From Eledone cirrhosa (taxonomy: Eukaryota), in assembly GCA_964016885.1 (NCBI GenBank), contig CAXHJY010001012.1, positions 30,761 through 94,760 of the forward strand: 64,000 nt of DNA, read 5' to 3'. Below are positions 57,976-64,000 of this stretch, one piece after another (positions within the stretch are counted from its first letter, which is position 1; each line of letters opens with the position of its first letter). The notes below the pieces were generated by a model. It saw only the letters and a list, made by a program, of their open reading frames with translations, did no database searches and was not told where the DNA came from. The position numbers were made by a program, and so were the translations under genes.

Positions 57976-58806
57976 AATACAACATATATATATATAATAA
58001 TAAATTTGAAGACTAAAATCCAAAGAGGGCTCGATAAGGACAAATATATATCAGATATATAAGAACCGTAGAGCAAATATTTATTAAAATAACAGATTAA
58101 AGTTTAAGCAAAGAATCGCTGCTTAACGGGATCTTCAGAAACAATCCTATATATATATGTGTGTGTGTAAAAGGTAAACAGAAATAACAACACAATGGGT
58201 ACAGTATATGGAAGGAATATATTAGGTTAACGCTTGATATAGCAAGAAGAGGGTCTTTACGTTTCGGACGCTAGTTCTTCATCATTCATCAGAAGAAAGA
58301 ATGTGAAATGTGATAGATTGAGAGGACGGGTGAGGTAGAATCTGTGTGTGTATGTATGTATATGTCATTTCTATAATAAAATTAAGGTATATATATATAT
58401 ATATCTGTATCTTTACCCTCTCTAACAGTCACTCTCTCTGTTAGCCTCTTCCTCATCCTTCACTCATTCACTCTCTGTTACTACCTCTCCTCCTCCCCCT
58501 TCTTCACGTTAGACCTGTACGGAATTCCTTCCTTGCTCACATTCCAACCAGGTTTGATGGTCTTTATTCTCTCCCGTTCATGATTTCACCGAACTTTATA
58601 TTCATGGAAATTTGGGACTTGACTCGTTCTTCCTCACTTTTCGTTACTTCACCCTCTTTGTTTGTTTACACTCTCGCTGTCCCCTTTATTTACGTGTCCC
58701 AACGACTTTTTTAGCCGTTGCTCGCACCAACCGGAGGTATATGGTCTTTAAAGCGGAGAAATACCTGTGATGGTTGGAAGATCACTGATGAAGGACCACT
58801 TTATTT

Positions 58807-58880
<74 letters not shown>

Positions 58881-59007
58881 TGGTTCAGTAGATTCTTGGT
58901 TTACTGGTGTTGTTACCAAAATTAACACTCTATGCTAAGGTGGGGTATATACATCAAAAACAAAGCGAGGTCTCATGTTGAGGTCTTTATCGATTATACA
59001 CTGTTTG

Positions 59008-59047
<40 letters not shown>

Positions 59048-59239
59048 GTGTGTGTGTGTGTTATTTGGATCGGACCACCCATGTCAACTCGTATATCCGA
59101 GGAGGTGTCGAGTAAGAATCGGGAGCCGATCGCCTGATCAAACCCGAGCTGATCGATATCGAAACAGTTGTAATATACAGTAAAGTTTCATAACAAGCTG
59201 CAAATCTGACTTCTCTCTCTCTCTTTCTCTTTCTCTCTA

Positions 59240-59322
<83 letters not shown>

Positions 59323-59659
59323 AGTTAATTTTTCATTCTTTCTCCTTATGAAGTACAAACATCAGAAATGTTAAGACCCTCTTCCTGCTATTTCAAACGT
59401 TAATCTAATATATTCCTTCCATATACTGTACCGATTGTGCTGTTATTTCTGTTTACCTTTTACATATATATATATACATATACATATATCTGTGTGTGGT
59501 GTGTGCGTGTTGTGCGTGTTGTGTGTGTGTGTGTGAGAATATGCAGTAGGAATATATGAAAATAAAAGAAAAGTGCCATAACTCAGAGTTTGCTTAACAA
59601 ATCATCAAACAACCACAAGACAATCGTGATTATTGCTTCAATCGTCACCATGTAGGTTG

Positions 59660-60160
59660 TTGTTATTTTATTGTTAGGGGTGTTGTTGTTGTCGTTAATA
59701 CTTCGTATCGTTGTTGTCTTTAATACTTCGTATCGTTGTTGCTGCTGGCATTGCTGTTATTATTGTTAGTGATGTTGCTTCTGTTGTTGTTGTTGTAGTG
59801 ATGTTGTTGGCACTGGTGAATGTTTTTGGTAGTGATGATGTTGTTGCTGTTATTTTTGGCATTGTTGTTGTTATTGTCAGTGGTGCTGTTGTTGTTGTTG
59901 TTGCTGTTGTTGCAGATGTAGGTTGCTGAGATTTGTTGTTGTTGTTGTTGTTGGCACTGGTGTTGTTGTTCGTAGTGATGGCATTTTTGTTGTTATTCTT
60001 GCATTGTTGTTGTTGTAAGCAGTGGTAGTTGTTGATGCTGCTGTTGTTGATGCTGCTGTTGTTGCTGTTGTTGATGTAGTTGCTGTCGTTATTGCTGCTG
60101 CTCCTCTTGCTGTTGTTGGTGTTGTTGTTGCTGCTGTTGTTGTTGTTGGTGTTGTTGTGT
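59660..60160. repeat. Degenerate (GTT)/(GCT)n tract
   Basis: Direct inspection. Confidence 0.9.
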
Positions 60161-60716
60161 TAAGTGGTCTGAACGATATTGTGTTAGCTTCATTTGATTG
60201 AGTTTCTCTTCAGTGTCGTCTGCTTGAAACCAATTGGAGCGTTGTAAATAGTAGAATGGAAGCCGGCAGACGATAGGGGTTGTATTATGAATTGAAAGTG
60301 GGTGGAGGACTAAAGTGAATGAATGGACGTTGACAAACGGTGAGGTGTGGTAGGTGTAGGCGGCTAAATAGAAGAAGAAAGAGCGAAGGGGGTAAAAGAA
60401 AGGGCTAAAAAATAAGGTGGAGAGTGAGCGAGTGAGTGAGTGAGTGAGTGAGGAAGGGAGGAGGAGAAGAAGACAGTAAGATAGGAAGAAAGACATTGTA
60501 GAAATGAAGAGAAGAGGGTGATGGGATGGTGGTTAGAGAAGACGATCGTGAAAAGAATGGAAAGAAGTATGACAACAGACGAGGGAGGGATTGAAAGAAA
60601 GAAAGGAGTATATATACATATGTATATATATATAGACAGAGAGAGAGGAGTGTGTGGGAGAGAAAGAGAATGAATGAGAAGAAAGTAAAACAATCGAAAG
60701 AAAAAGGAATGAAAGA

Positions 60717-60753
<37 letters not shown>

Positions 60754-60974
60754 ACACATACATACATACATACATACATACATACATACATACATACATA
60801 CATACAGTAATCATAATAAATGTGAAGACTAAAATCCAAAGAGAGCTCGATAAGCGATTCTTTGCTTAAACTTTAATCCGTTATTTTAATATATGTATAT
60901 ATATATATATATAAGCTTTCCTGGTGATTTCCTTCTAATGAAAGTCCTGTAGGAGCCATTTCTGTATTAAATCT

Positions 60975-61019
<45 letters not shown>

Positions 61020-61076
61020 ATACTTTGGGAGGGTCATGTTGCCAATAAAGAATCTTGCTAAACAAATTCAGAAACG

Positions 61077-61153
<77 letters not shown>

Positions 61154-61332
61154 AAAATGTTTGACCCCAGCGGCAGAGCTCAAGCCGTTTCGACGGGGTA
61201 TTTCTGGACGCTCTGCCGTCTGAGCTATGCCGGCCGTCGGGGTCAAACATTTTCCTATAACCCACTCTACTACCCTAAGTATGGAGTACTCTGGTGCGTT
61301 ATGGTCCATCTGGTTCCTTACCACACCTCCTT

Positions 61333-61386
<54 letters not shown>

Positions 61387-61574
61387 AGGTTATGTGAGTA
61401 ACTTGTGGTTATTAGCAACGACGCTGGCCAAATTACTCGATACGGAGCATCTCTCGGTGGGTTGTGCTCCAGGTTTAAGGTGACCGTAATTTGCAGAGTG
61501 TGTGTGTATATATATATATTTATTCATTTATATATATATATTTATATATATATATATATATATATAAATATATA

Positions 61575-61717
61575 AGGTTAACATATGTTGATGCCCTAAG
61601 GACAGACACTGGTCTGTTGGAGATGCAGGATATGGCAGCGATAATGAGGGACAGAGACCGCTGGAGAGAACTCGTCCATGGATCTCGGGAATTTTACCCG
61701 CCTTAGATAGATAGATA
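61575..61717 (+). mobile_element. Extreme 3' end of another RTE LINE
   Basis: RLTYVDALRTDTGL...MRDRDRWRELV...* followed by (ATAG)n. Confidence 0.7.
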
Positions 61718-62181
61718 TATATATAAAGAGAGAGAGAGAGAAAGAAGTCAGATCTTGGATAGCTGTCTTTACCTGCCATAACTTTAGATTGACTTATTCC
61801 TTTGTGAGTACTGTTTGGTAAACGAGGTTGATAAAATGATAGATAAATAGTTAGATAGATAGATAAATAGATAGATGGATGGATGGATGGATAGAGGGAG
61901 AGTAAAATAGCGATGTGCGTTAGAAAGAACGGCTTTGAACAAGGAAAGAAATGGGGAAGAAGGAGAAAATAAAAGTAGAACGTATTTAAAAGATGGCGTC
62001 GGCTATGAATACGAACAAGAAGACAACGTTAAGAGCGAAGACGGTGCAGAAAGAAGATGGTGGACGTCATAGGAAAAGGGTGAAAGATAGCGATGTATAT
62101 CGGATATGGTTTGTCATGTTTAATGAAGAGAGAAAAGTGATAAATAAATAACTTAATAGATAAAATAAATAAAATAATAAA

Positions 62182-62398
<217 letters not shown>

Positions 62399-62411
62399 TT
62401 ATTTATATCCG

Positions 62412-62442
<31 letters not shown>

Positions 62443-62490
62443 TTATATCCGCACACACACATATAGTATATATATATATATATTTATATC

Positions 62491-62521
<31 letters not shown>

Positions 62522-62528
62522 TTATATC

Positions 62529-62565
<37 letters not shown>

Positions 62566-62668
62566 TATATCCACACACACACATATATATATATATATAT
62601 CCACACACACACATATATATATATATATATTATATCCACACACATATATATATATATATATTTATATC

Positions 62669-62699
<31 letters not shown>

Positions 62700-62706
62700 T
62701 TATATC

Positions 62707-62737
<31 letters not shown>

Positions 62738-62777
62738 TTATATCCACACACACACATATATATATATATATTTATAT

Positions 62778-62808
<31 letters not shown>

Positions 62809-63046
62809 ATAAACAGTAATAATAAACATATAACACAATATAATATAATAAATATATATTAATGTATAATACTATAAAGTATGAGAAGATAAGATACAAA
62901 TAAAAAGCGAAAGATATCAGCAGATATGCTTCACTGATTAAAAATAAAAAACAACGGGAATATCAAGCAGAAAAAAAAATGACGACGAAGCTTGGATATC
63001 CAGTGAGTTTCTGATTCTGATTACTTGGAAGGAAAACACTAAGGAT

Positions 63047-63116
<70 letters not shown>

Positions 63117-63528
63117 TCTCTCCTCATCTATTTTCGTTCTGGAACATACGTACTTACGCCTAGCTTTTAAGTTATTTATTCAACAAGAGGAAGGGATGGA
63201 GATGTGTAGATAGATAGATAGATAGATAGATAGATATATGGATAAGTAGATAGATAGATAGGAAATAAAAGGAGAAATATAACGACGGATAAATAGTTAT
63301 ATATATATATATATGCATATACATATATATATATATATGTACATATATATATGTACATATATATATGTACATATATATACATATATATATATGTACATAT
63401 ATATATGTACATATATATATATATATGTACATATATATACATATATATATATATACACGCATATATATGTATATGCATATATATGTACATATACATATGT
63501 ATATAAATACATATATATATATATATTT

Positions 63529-63622
<94 letters not shown>

Positions 63623-64000
63623 GCTTTCGTTTGAAAAGTGCCTCGTTTGTTGTAAAGACACACACAATGAAAACATATTTTACACCGCTTAAAAGTTGTG
63701 GAATCACTTCTGGTTTATTTTTGAGAGGCCTCAAGACGAAATACGAACCGTTGCAAACACACAAAAATCATATAACAGGCGTGTGCATCCAGGTGCACAG
63801 ATGTGAATGATTCGTAGAATAGGTTAATATGCCATGAAAAATGCTGCCATTCATACTGGAGACGATGGAGACAAGAAATGCTATTATAACAACGATAAAT
63901 ACACTTATTCGGAACACAGAAGTATTCCATATCTTCAATTCTAGATTAGTGAAGCAATTTTTCTTTTGCTTCGCAAGAAAAGAACATCAAAACCGTTTTA

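Noticed and set aside
58785-58890. HHR at CTGATGAAGGACCACTT
   Set aside because: It is interrupted by (TA)n and has no GAAA, so it is at most a remnant.

Overview
Very AT-rich, microsatellite-saturated eukaryotic DNA, intronic or intergenic. The repeat content suggests an octopod cephalopod (inference). No complete host gene is visible, and almost all track ORFs are translations of simple repeats. Most of the complex sequence lies between (TA)n tracts and consists of short, often fold-back termini of about ten unrelated families carrying type I hammerhead ribozymes (HHR; about 20 with an intact core, about 8 degenerate). These look like Penelope-like element (PLE) pseudo-LTRs or retrozymes. 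Across families they share an architecture: ATG mini-exon plus GT donor, then an HHR with a short, often palindromic helix III, then a covarying ACTC/GAGT hairpin with a 2-nt bulge, then (TA)n. One copy keeps a PLE ORF end that stops without a C-terminal GIY-YIG domain, and one family forms a tandem 422-nt HHR dimer. Also present: tRNA-derived SINEs, RTE LINE remnants (one amplified into a 15x120-bp satellite), a 5'-truncated RLE-type (R4/Dong-like) LINE inside (TACA)n, hAT and Tc1/mariner MITEs, an 83-bp satellite and two weak exon candidates. All RNA folds were read by eye and none were computed.
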